A stretch of 64,000 nucleotides of DNA. Origin: Waterburya sp. (GTDB lineage: Bacteria > Cyanobacteriota > Cyanobacteriia > Cyanobacteriales > Xenococcaceae). A program made the position numbers and the translations under genes. The notes below the pieces were generated by a model. The model saw only the letters and a program-made list of their open reading frames with translations. It was not told the origin of the DNA and ran no database searches. This document shows positions 1 to 8,660 of this stretch, piece after piece (position 1 is the first letter of the stretch; every line of letters begins with the position of its first letter). The stretch is taken from NCBI GenBank assembly GCA_965217895.1, contig CBDCJV010000002.1:4064001-4128000 (forward strand), read 5' to 3'.

Positions 1-473
1 ATCAAGAATCTTTTTCTGAAACTTTTTTACAACAAGTCAAATACTGGGGACTATGGTTTGAGGGTACTGGAAAAGAATATGCAATTCATGCTTGTCATAA
101 ACGAGTATCAAAGCCTTCAAAACAAGATATAATTCAGCTTTTAGAACTAATTACAGATTTTGTTGAGAATCATTGGCAAACTCATCCAACAAAAATTCTT
201 GAGCGAGAAGATGATGCTTTGCTAATAGCTGAAGCTGAGAAGTATGATATATCTGGTGAAATTATGTCAGATAGACTTCAAGAAGTAACTCAAGAGCTTA
301 TTCAATCTGTTTTAATAGCAGCAGATAAAGTAAGACTAAAAAAACTTAAAGACTCCTCAAAAAGTGTCAAACAGGTAATGGAATGGATGGTAAATACTCC
401 CAAGTGGCAGGGTGATAATTTAGAATCTTGTCTTGAAATTGTCAAAAACAGCAGAATTCAGGCAGAGTTTTGA
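1..473 (+). CDS. 5'-truncated protein with an antitoxin-like C-terminal tail, directly upstream of a PIN toxin gene
   Basis: Frame is open from position 3 (QESFSETFLQQVKYWG...) to TGA 471-473. The tail PKWQGDNLESCLEIVKNSRIQAEF resembles small cyanobacterial VapC-associated antitoxins. The stop overlaps the TTG start of the PIN gene. Confidence 0.55.
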   Translation, partial: QESFSETFLQQVKYWGLWFEGTGKEYAIHACHKRVSKPSKQDIIQLLELITDFVENHWQTHPTKILEREDDALLIAEAEKYDISGEIMSDRLQEVTQELIQSVLIAADKVRLKKLKDSSKSVKQVMEWMVNTPKWQGDNLESCLEIVKNSRIQAEF

Positions 474-924
474 AAATATACCTACTAGATACTAATCAAT
501 GTAGTCAAATTATCAACAATAATCCACAAATACTATACAAGTTAACTACTCTCAATCAAGATGATATCCTCGCAACAAGTGTGATAGTGTGCGGTGAATT
601 AATGTACATGGCTTAGAAATCTACAAGAAAAAGCGAAAACTTATTGATTGTCAGGTCTTTTCTATCAATATCAATAGCGGTGATATTGATAGAAAAGTTT
701 TTGATACTTACGCTTTAATAAAGGCAAAAATATTTGATAAATTTGCACCTAAAGACAAAAAGCGAAAAAGAAAATACAAGCTAGAAAATATAGGATTTAC
801 TGAGAATGATCTATGGATTGCAGCTACGGGAATTGCCTATAATGCTAGTATTATATCGTCAGATAGCGACTTTCAAAGAATGCTTGATGTAGTTGAATTT
901 CAACTAGAATTTTGGACTGAATAA
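470..924 (+). pseudogene. vapC: VapC/PIN-domain toxin pseudogene
   Basis: Manual translation: MKIYLLDTNQCS...SVIVCGELMYMA*(TAG 614-616)KS, then a frameshift near 660-690 into ...GFTENDLWIAATG...SSDSDFQRM...WTE* (TAA 922-924). PIN motifs LDTN, GEL, NDLWIAA and SSDSDF are present. Confidence 0.85.
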
Positions 925-1036
925 TAAAGTTTTTAATGGTGTTGGGTCGCCTAAATCAATTTATCCTGTCTACTAGTTTTAAGCAGTATACTAGTTGTCT
1001 TCTTATTACCAAACAATATGATAGGTTAGAGCAACT

Positions 1037-1049
1037 GTATACAGCATAC
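1037..1049. promoter_or_regulatory. Putative GntR operator GTATACAGCATAC
   Basis: 25 bp upstream of the hydrolase ATG. Overlaps the palindrome CTGTATACAG and is 12/13 identical to 3741-3753 upstream of the GntR gene. Confidence 0.5.
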
Positions 1050-1074
1050 TTATTTACCTTCGGCTGCTTAACCT

Positions 1075-2328
1075 ATGAAATCGACAACTACGGCTCAACT
1101 ACTAGTAAATGGCGATCGCCTGAATCAAAGTATTACTAGCTTAGCAAGCATTGGTCAACTAGCTAACGGTGGTGTAAAACGTATTGCCTATAGTCAGCAA
1201 GACATTGAAGCTCGAAATTTAATCCAGCACTGGATGAAAGAACTTGAGATGGAGGTGAAAATTGATGCAGCAGGCAATATTATTGGTATATATCCTGGTA
1301 AAAATACTAATATACCAGCTTTAGCCACAGGTTCTCATATTGATACTGTTCCCTGTGGTGGGCATTATGATGGTGCTTATGGGGTTTTAGCGGGATTAGA
1401 AGTAGTGCAGATGCTTCAAGAGAATCAGATTAGGCTCAATCGCTCAATAGAAGTGATTGTCTTTACTGATGAAGAAGGGAGTATGATCGGTTCTAAATCA
1501 ATTTCAGGCAGAACAATTCAAGATCCTGAGTACTATCGTCGTCCTGATGGTACAGATATTCAAACCTGTTTAGCTAGAGTTGGTGGTAACTGGGATAATA
1601 TTGACCAAGCCCGTCGTAGCACCAAAGATTTAGCTGCATTTGTCGAGCTTCATGTAGAACAAGGGCCTGTCTTAGAGTCTATGGGCAAACAAATCGGCGT
1701 AGTTGAAGGTATAGTCGGACAAAGACGCTTTAATATCACTGTCAAAGGTAGTGCTAATCATGCTGGGACAACGCCGATGCAGATGCGCTGTGATGCTTTA
1801 GTTGCTTCTTCTCAGGTAGTTTTAGCTGTCAATAAAATTGGCAATACTCCTGGTCAACAGGTAGCTACTGTCGGCAAAATGGACGTGCTGCCCAATGCAG
1901 CTAATGTTGTTCCTGGTTGGGTCGAAATGAGCCTGGATATTCGTGACTTATCTAGTCTGCATATAAATACTCTACTAGAACAGCTACGCATCCATCTAGA
2001 AGAAATTGCCGTTGCTACTAATACCCAAATTCGCTTAAATCCTTGTCTTCACAACGAACCAGCTTTAGCCGAACCCTATATCCAAAAAGCGATCGCCCAA
2101 GCTTGTGAAAATCTCAACCTCAGTTATACTTATTTACCTAGTCGCGCCAGCCATGATGCTCAAGAATTAGCTCAAATTACCGATATGGGGATGATTTTTG
2201 TTCCCAGCAAAATGGGAGTTTCTCATGATGCTGACGAATATACCTCCCCCGAACAATGTACGCAAGGAGCAAATGTTTTGTTACAGACATTAATTCAGTT
2301 AGATTTAGAACTATCATCGAAAAAATAG
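1075..2328 (+). CDS. M20-family Zn-dependent amidohydrolase (allantoate amidohydrolase / N-carbamoyl-amino acid hydrolase-like)
   Basis: Motifs GSHIDTV, YDGAYGV, DEEG, ELHVEQG, NHAGTTPM, SHDAQ, MIFVPS..GVSH. Confidence 0.9.
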   Translation: MKSTTTAQLLVNGDRLNQSITSLASIGQLANGGVKRIAYSQQDIEARNLIQHWMKELEMEVKIDAAGNIIGIYPGKNTNIPALATGSHIDTVPCGGHYDGAYGVLAGLEVVQMLQENQIRLNRSIEVIVFTDEEGSMIGSKSISGRTIQDPEYYRRPDGTDIQTCLARVGGNWDNIDQARRSTKDLAAFVELHVEQGPVLESMGKQIGVVEGIVGQRRFNITVKGSANHAGTTPMQMRCDALVASSQVVLAVNKIGNTPGQQVATVGKMDVLPNAANVVPGWVEMSLDIRDLSSLHINTLLEQLRIHLEEIAVATNTQIRLNPCLHNEPALAEPYIQKAIAQACENLNLSYTYLPSRASHDAQELAQITDMGMIFVPSKMGVSHDADEYTSPEQCTQGANVLLQTLIQLDLELSSKK

Positions 2329-2580
2329 ACTTCTTGCATAAATCAAAAATATTAGCTAAGAATAAAGTCAGAAGTCAAAAGTATTTAGATCCAACCAAGT
2401 CCGTAAGTCTATGCCTACTAAAAGTTTGCGAGGTAAAATTAAAAACTTCCCCGTTAAAACTGCGGTCAGGACGGCAAAAAGTGCTTAATAATTACTGATA
2501 TTTATGGTGGGCAAAAAGTTAATCTTTAAATTGCTACAAATTTATTTTTCCTTGCCTACCCTACTATTACTGACGATTGT

Positions 2581-2985
2581 TCATTGTTCATTGTTCAATG
2601 ATTTATAAGCTGCCCAGCCACCTAGATCGGAAATATCGGGCCAGTTATGTTTCTCGATTAACTCTTGAGGATAGAGCATAGCGATCGCCGTTTCCTTTCC
2701 TTCCAAATTCACTGTCTCTGGATACATATGAGGAGGTTCGTTTGCCAGCAGATATTCATACTGTTCGGTTGTCATTTCATAAATCTCCCCAGGAATGGCA
2801 ATTCCGCCTGTTTCGGTAGCATAAATAGCAGGATGCCAGCCGTCTTCTGCTGCATGAAGACGATATTGAGGAAGGGTTTTAGTGGTTTTGATGAACTTTG
2901 CCGACTGGAGATTTTGATGGTCTGGTTGTCCTTTTAAAGCTGAACCACAGATAAAAACTCGCTTGATACCTGATGCTGTTGTCAT
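2581..2985 (-). CDS. Gamma-glutamylcyclotransferase-fold protein (allophanate hydrolase C-terminal-like)
   Basis: VFICGSALKGQPDH N-terminus, YRL, IPGEIYEM, EPP, and DISDLGGWAAY C-terminus. Confidence 0.75.
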   Translation of the reverse strand: MTTASGIKRVFICGSALKGQPDHQNLQSAKFIKTTKTLPQYRLHAAEDGWHPAIYATETGGIAIPGEIYEMTTEQYEYLLANEPPHMYPETVNLEGKETAIAMLYPQELIEKHNWPDISDLGGWAAYKSLNNEQ

Positions 2986-2993
2986 GATGTTAT

Positions 2994-3683
2994 TTAAATG
3001 GATGTAATTTCTGAGTTGTTGATCGCCTCTAATTCACGCACTACCCTAGCTTTGCTGGCAATTAAGTGTTCTTTAATAGTTGCTTGGGCTAAATCTGAGT
3101 TTTTTTCGGCGATCGCCTGATAAACTTGTCTATGTTCTAAGCGAATTTCTAAAACTTGAGGATTGTGTTTAGTAGTTTGCACTCTTAAAAGTGACATTTG
3201 GTCAAAAACCTGTTCCAGCAAGGTTAACAGCCACTTATTACCCGAACTTTCGACAATGAGATGATGAAATTGATAATCTATTTCCAGAAGTTTCAAGCTA
3301 TCAGCTTTATTAGACGGATGTGCTAACTTTTCTGCCAACAGCACATATTTTTCTAGCTGCTTTAGCTGCTTTAGGGTAATTTGCTCGCAAGCACTGACAA
3401 TGGCAAGTTGTTCTAAAGCTAGACGACAATCATAAAGCTGAACTGCGTCTTGAACAGAAAGGGTAGCAACTCTTAAGCTACCTGTAGAATTAGCTACTAT
3501 CAATTTTTCCTGCTGCAACTGACCAATTGCTTCGCGAACAGGGGTACGGCTAACCTGTAATTGTTTGGCTAGACTTGTTTCAACTATTCGTTCTCCTGAA
3601 GCCAAATCTCCTTTGAGGATAATTTGTCTTAGTACTTGATATACTTGCTGTCGTAAGGACTGGTTTTTTTCAATAGCAATCAT
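2994..3683 (-). CDS. GntR-family transcriptional regulator (FCD domain)
   Basis: HTH LAKQLQVSRTPVREA and FCD motifs DYQFH, SGN, EH. Confidence 0.92.
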   Translation of the reverse strand: MIAIEKNQSLRQQVYQVLRQIILKGDLASGERIVETSLAKQLQVSRTPVREAIGQLQQEKLIVANSTGSLRVATLSVQDAVQLYDCRLALEQLAIVSACEQITLKQLKQLEKYVLLAEKLAHPSNKADSLKLLEIDYQFHHLIVESSGNKWLLTLLEQVFDQMSLLRVQTTKHNPQVLEIRLEHRQVYQAIAEKNSDLAQATIKEHLIASKARVVRELEAINNSEITSI

Positions 3684-3740
3684 AGTTTGAGTTTCAACTC
3701 ATGAGAGACTACTAATTATTTAGATGAATTACAAAGTCAA

Positions 3741-3753
3741 GTATACAGTATAC
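3741..3753. promoter_or_regulatory. Putative GntR autoregulatory operator GTATACAGTATAC
   Basis: 57 bp upstream of the GntR start and matches 1037-1049. Confidence 0.5.
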
Positions 3754-3938
3754 GATATTAAACTGTGACTTTATGGCTTGAAATTATGAAAAATACCTTT
3801 TACATCTTGATGTAAAAGCATAATAATAGTATTTTAATTGAACGTATCATAAGAGTTTTGGCAGCAGCAACTATTTTAGGTTAGTTTTTGTCCTAAAATT
3901 AATTTTAATAATATCTAAACATCAACAAAATTTTAATT

Positions 3939-4520
3939 ATGGTAAAAACTGCTTCGACAATGCTGGCTTTAGGGACTGCTGCACCTGAGTTTGAGCTTCA
4001 GGATGTAGTGTCTGGTAAAGCTGTTTCTTTAACGGACTTTAGCGATCGCCAAGCTTTGCTATTAATGTTTATTTGCCAGCATTGTCCTTTTGTCAAGCAC
4101 GTACAGAATGAATTAGGGCGCATCGGTCAAGACTACGACCAGCAACCTTTAGGCATTGTAGCAATTAGTGCTAATGATGTAGCAAATTATCCTCAAGATG
4201 CTCCCCAGAAGTTAAAGCAAATGGCGCAAGAATTAAACTTCAACTTTCCTGTTTGCTACGACGAAAGCCAAGAGGTAAGTAAAGCCTATACTGCTGCCTG
4301 TACTCCTGACTTCTTTTTATTTGATGCAGATGGTAAACTGGCATATCGTGGTCAATTAGATGATAGTCGCCCTAGTACCAACATTCCCGTTACGGGCAAG
4401 GATTTACGTCAGGCGATCGATACCTTGCTAAACGGTAAGACGGTCGATTTTGAACAAAAACCTAGCATTGGCTGCAATATTAAGTGGAAACCAGGTAACG
4501 AGCCAAAGTATTTTAGCTGA
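3939..4520 (+). CDS. Thioredoxin-fold / AhpC-TSA (peroxiredoxin-like) protein
   Basis: FICQHCPFV, ACTPDFFLFD, YRGQLDDSRP, PSIGCNIKW. Confidence 0.9.
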   Translation: MVKTASTMLALGTAAPEFELQDVVSGKAVSLTDFSDRQALLLMFICQHCPFVKHVQNELGRIGQDYDQQPLGIVAISANDVANYPQDAPQKLKQMAQELNFNFPVCYDESQEVSKAYTAACTPDFFLFDADGKLAYRGQLDDSRPSTNIPVTGKDLRQAIDTLLNGKTVDFEQKPSIGCNIKWKPGNEPKYFS

Positions 4521-4833
4521 AAGCAACTGATTAACTCTTAAGAAACAAATTATCAGTTGAGGCTGGCTAAGGGGAAATTGTTTCTTCCTGACATTAAAAA
4601 TCAAAATTTTTCGGACGCTGATGTTACGCACTAGTCAATTTATAAAAACTGGTAAAAAGTCTCCTAAAGGATTTTAAAAAATGAGCTTCCAGATGATGGC
4701 TCTAAGCTTGCACGTTCCCTTGAATGTCTTTAAGGGATTGCTTGCGGGTGCATTCCGCACTTTTAAATAAATTACCTAAATGTTTTTAACGTTAACAAGA
4801 TATTTTTTAGCTATTTGAATATTTAAAATTTAT

Positions 4834-6213
4834 ATGGAAGATACAGAACCTCCAAACACTTTGTTTGTTCCTTTTTTGGGTCAGTCTAACGCTGAGCAAA
4901 TGAGCTATATTTACGATCCATATCAGCCAGGAATGATTACTAATGATACTTCTGGAGCAATTATTTTAGATCAAAAGTTGACAGCCTTGATTGAAGGCAA
5001 TGTGGTAACTAGTGATACTAGAGAAACCAATTTCGCTGTTGGCGGAAGTAAGGTCGACGGCAATGGTTATTTTCAAGATGATAGTACAGTCTGGTGGTAT
5101 CCCGATCAGGGTCAACCAGGGGGAGCTTTACGCCAGGCTGAACAAGGTTTACAAGACTGGTTATCTGTCCAAGGAGCGCAGCCAACAGACGAGATCGCCA
5201 TTGTTTGGTCTCAAGGAGAATCTGACGTAGGAGATGTTTCGAGAGAAGATCCTGTTGCTAGAGAAAAATATAAACAGTCTACTTTGGCAATTTTTGATGA
5301 TTTACGCAGTCAGCTAAATTATGCTGATGTTAAATTTTATCTTGTGCCTACAGGTCGTCTTCAGGCAGATGGAGCAGCTAATGCAGGTCTTTCTCCTCTA
5401 GAAATTGAAGCAATTAATAAAGGATTGGCAATAGTCCGTGAAGTCCAAAAGGAAATAGCCACCGAACGAGATGATGTCTTGCTGGCAACAGATTATTCTG
5501 ACCTTAATATGGTTTACGAAGAGGGTACATTATATGGTGCAAGCTACGATCTCGACTATAGTGAATGGTCTGCTGATTTTTGGCATTTAGGTCACGATGG
5601 ATTGAAGATTAATGGCGATCGCCTGGCGCAATATATTTCTCTCGATCGGGGTGAAAACAACGTTATTAGCTTTACTGATTCTTTTGGTAATCCTGCTCAG
5701 TCTACCTCGTTGGCTCGCGCTGGACTATTAGATATCAACGTTTCGGCTAATCCTAGTTTGGGGGTTATTCAGGGAACAAATAATCCTGATGTGATAGTCG
5801 GCACTTTGGCAGCCGATGTAATTGCCGGTGGAGAAGGTAATGACATAATTATGGCTAGCCAAGGAGTAGATACTTTGACAGGAGCTGCTGGAAGTGATGT
5901 TTTCTTCTTTGACCCTTTAATATATCCTGGTGTGGCTAGTAACTCTGATATAGTCACAGATTTTGAACTCCAAAGCGATCGCCTGGACGTATCAGAGCTT
6001 TTAAAGCTTACTGGCAACCCGCTAGCTGAGACTATTGCTACTCAATATATTATTGTTAATCCTCTAAGCGAGACTAGTTTGGAGATTAAGTTTGATGTTG
6101 ATGCCACAGGAGAACAGTCTGCTGAAACTTTGGCTATTTTAGAAAACGTTAGTCCTGGGGAATTTATCGCCGAAATTAGCTCTCATTTAATTGTTACGCC
6201 AACTGAATTTTAA
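4834..6213 (+). CDS. SGNH/sialate O-acetylesterase-like protein with RTX-like repeats and a type I secretion C-terminal region
   Basis: GQSNA, WSQGESD and DFWH catalytic blocks. GGEGNDII and GAAGSDVF nonapeptide-like repeats, then DIVTDF..DRLDVSELL. Confidence 0.7.
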   Translation: MEDTEPPNTLFVPFLGQSNAEQMSYIYDPYQPGMITNDTSGAIILDQKLTALIEGNVVTSDTRETNFAVGGSKVDGNGYFQDDSTVWWYPDQGQPGGALRQAEQGLQDWLSVQGAQPTDEIAIVWSQGESDVGDVSREDPVAREKYKQSTLAIFDDLRSQLNYADVKFYLVPTGRLQADGAANAGLSPLEIEAINKGLAIVREVQKEIATERDDVLLATDYSDLNMVYEEGTLYGASYDLDYSEWSADFWHLGHDGLKINGDRLAQYISLDRGENNVISFTDSFGNPAQSTSLARAGLLDINVSANPSLGVIQGTNNPDVIVGTLAADVIAGGEGNDIIMASQGVDTLTGAAGSDVFFFDPLIYPGVASNSDIVTDFELQSDRLDVSELLKLTGNPLAETIATQYIIVNPLSETSLEIKFDVDATGEQSAETLAILENVSPGEFIAEISSHLIVTPTEF

Positions 6214-6434
6214 ATATTAAAAAAAAATATTAAAAAAAATTTCTAAAATGTTGACGAGCGATCGCCAAATGTGATTTAATTGCAATTGAAGCTTTCATAA
6301 TGGGAATATTTGCAGTTAAGCATTAAAGTCACCACTCCCATCATAAAAAAATTTTAGCATAAAGCGCGATCGCCAAGCAAATTTAAATTTAAAAAATTTT
6401 CAGTAGTATCTTAGTACTAAAAACACTTTGTTAC

Positions 6435-7724
6435 TTAGATTAACTTCAACCCCAGACTAATCCCCAAAGCGATAGCACTTGATAAATAACCAATTTTTGC
6501 TAAGGGGCTATTTGTCTTGCCAATAGGTATTTGCCACCAAAAGTAAGCAAAAAGCACAATTTCCCCGACTGTAATCGCTGCTGCTATGCTTACCGCTTCT
6601 TGTATGCCCCAAAATATACTGCTGAGGGTAACTAGCAAGGCGGGAGTGATTATGGCAAGAATAGCCCCCTGGGTTTTTGCCTGAGAGTCTAATTTGGCAA
6701 TCTCGACTGCACCCAATTCGGTAATACCAATGGCGATCGCCGCAATAATGGCGATCGCTATATTGACTAAAGTTAGTTCTGTAGAGCGATCGACAAAGCT
6801 TAAGCTCCACGTGGCTGCGGTGCTTAAACCAAAAAGTCCCAATGTACCGACAATTATTGGTTTAGGCCAGATATTTAATTGGGAGTCATTAACTGCTACA
6901 ATACTACTAGATGTAGTTATAAGATCTAATAACGCATCTTGTGCAGCTAAAGCATTGGGAAAACGTTTACTTACTTTGGCATTAGTCATTTTGGCTAACC
7001 ACTGTCTCCAGTGGAGATCTAACTCTGGCAATAAAGATTTTAAGCTTAGTTGATAAGGGTCATCTGCCGATGTAAAGTCACGAATCTCGCTAATATTTTT
7101 GTTTGTTATTAGACAGACGAGAGTAACTCCCAAGCTATATAAATCAGAAGAAAGAGTTGGTTTAATAATTTGTTCAGGAGCAATAAATCCAGGAGTTCCC
7201 TTAAAGACGCTGCTACCAGATGCTTCAATACTACCTAAGCTAGCAAATCCAAAGTCAATTAAATACACCTGAAAGTCTTCAGACAATAAAATATTTTCAG
7301 GCTTGAGATCTCGGTGGATTATAGGAGGATTTTGTTGCTGTAAATAAACCAAAATTTCAATAATTTTGCAGGCAATTTGTTGGACTTCAAATAATGATAA
7401 TTGCCTAAAATTGTTCAAATTAGAGGCTGAGATGTATTCTTGGATTAAACAAAAACCATCATCTGTTTCTATGCTGTCTATATATTTAGGAATTCCAGGA
7501 TAATTTAGTTTTTGTAACACTTTTATTTCCTGTTCATAAGCTTTATATCCTGACCAAGTTGAGCCAGTCGTCGCAAAGCAAAACTGCTTGATTACTACTG
7601 TACGATCGACCTGTTGATTATTTAAAGCAACTCCTTTCCAGGTTATGCGCCCTCCTTCGCGATTCCGCCCTAATTCGGCGTTAATTTTATATCCGTAAGG
7701 TATCAAATTAGGATAATCATTCAT
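6435..7724 (-). CDS. Hanks-type Ser/Thr protein kinase with C-terminal transmembrane helices
   Basis: VVIK, HRDLKPEN, DFG, APE, SDLYSLG motifs and a hydrophobic C-terminal third. Confidence 0.92.
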   Translation of the reverse strand: MNDYPNLIPYGYKINAELGRNREGGRITWKGVALNNQQVDRTVVIKQFCFATTGSTWSGYKAYEQEIKVLQKLNYPGIPKYIDSIETDDGFCLIQEYISASNLNNFRQLSLFEVQQIACKIIEILVYLQQQNPPIIHRDLKPENILLSEDFQVYLIDFGFASLGSIEASGSSVFKGTPGFIAPEQIIKPTLSSDLYSLGVTLVCLITNKNISEIRDFTSADDPYQLSLKSLLPELDLHWRQWLAKMTNAKVSKRFPNALAAQDALLDLITTSSSIVAVNDSQLNIWPKPIIVGTLGLFGLSTAATWSLSFVDRSTELTLVNIAIAIIAAIAIGITELGAVEIAKLDSQAKTQGAILAIITPALLVTLSSIFWGIQEAVSIAAAITVGEIVLFAYFWWQIPIGKTNSPLAKIGYLSSAIALGISLGLKLI

Positions 7725-8183
7725 GTTTAGTTCTAAATACCTATACTCGCAAATAATATTAGTAAATTTTTGACAATAGTTTAAAATATGTTGAGCAAAA
7801 TTATTTATAGTAATTATTAGCCTAAAAATATTAGGCTAGGGTAGCAAAAACAAGCTAATTTTTAATACACACAATGAATTAGCAATAGTTCAGGTTGTTT
7901 TAATTCTTCATAACTGATTTAAAGAAAACATGAGGTTCAAAATAAGATAAAGTTTTAGCAAATTCAACTGTAATAAATAAGACATTGATAAAGTTTAGAT
8001 ATGCTATATTCTTATGTTACTAATAATACACAAAAACAATGAAGCTGTAGGCTAAAAACAATTGCGTTGGCGTTCAAGGGATCTAAAATTTATTTTTAAT
8101 TTATAAGCAGCATTAATCATAACAATTAGTTAACTAAATAAATTAGTAGTTAACTGTCAAGAAGTATCGACAGCACACACATA

Positions 8184-8660
8184 ATGTCAATCAAAACTAT
8201 CTTATTAGTAGAGGATAATCCTGACGATCGCGAGTTAATGACCCTTGCTTTCTCACAAGGAGAAATTTCTCACAACTTAGTCGTCGTATCCGACGGAATT
8301 GAAGCTTTAAACTATTTATTAGGGAATAATTCTAACAATGAGCCATCTGCATCGTTAACTGAGTCAAATTTGCCTCCAATGCCAGCCTTAATCATGCTAG
8401 ATCTCAATTTACCAAAAATAGATGGAATTGAAGTTTTAAAGCGTATTCGCGCTCATCCACAGACAAAATTAATCCCAGTCGTAATTATAAGCTCTTCAAA
8501 TGAGCCACAAGACCTCATTGACAGTTATATTAATGGTTGCAACAGTTATATTCGAAAACCGATACACTTTACACAACTACAAAATTTTGTTAAGGAAATA
8601 AGTACGTATTGGTTGACTGTTAATCAGTTACCACCTGTTTTTGGAGTCCCAAATGAGTAA
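8184..8660 (+). CDS. Single-domain response regulator (Rcp1-like)
   Basis: LLVEDNPDD, LDLNLPKIDG, YIRKP, YWL. Confidence 0.9.
   Translation: MSIKTILLVEDNPDDRELMTLAFSQGEISHNLVVVSDGIEALNYLLGNNSNNEPSASLTESNLPPMPALIMLDLNLPKIDGIEVLKRIRAHPQTKLIPVVIISSSNEPQDLIDSYINGCNSYIRKPIHFTQLQNFVKEISTYWLTVNQLPPVFGVPNE

Noticed and set aside
3741..3753. NtcA site reading of GTATACAGTATAC
   Set aside because: Spacing is GTA-N7-TAC, not the GTA-N8-TAC of NtcA.
3797..3818. Palindrome CTTTTACATC-TT-GATGTAAAAG between divergent genes
   Set aside because: Single AT-rich occurrence with no second copy or assignable regulator.
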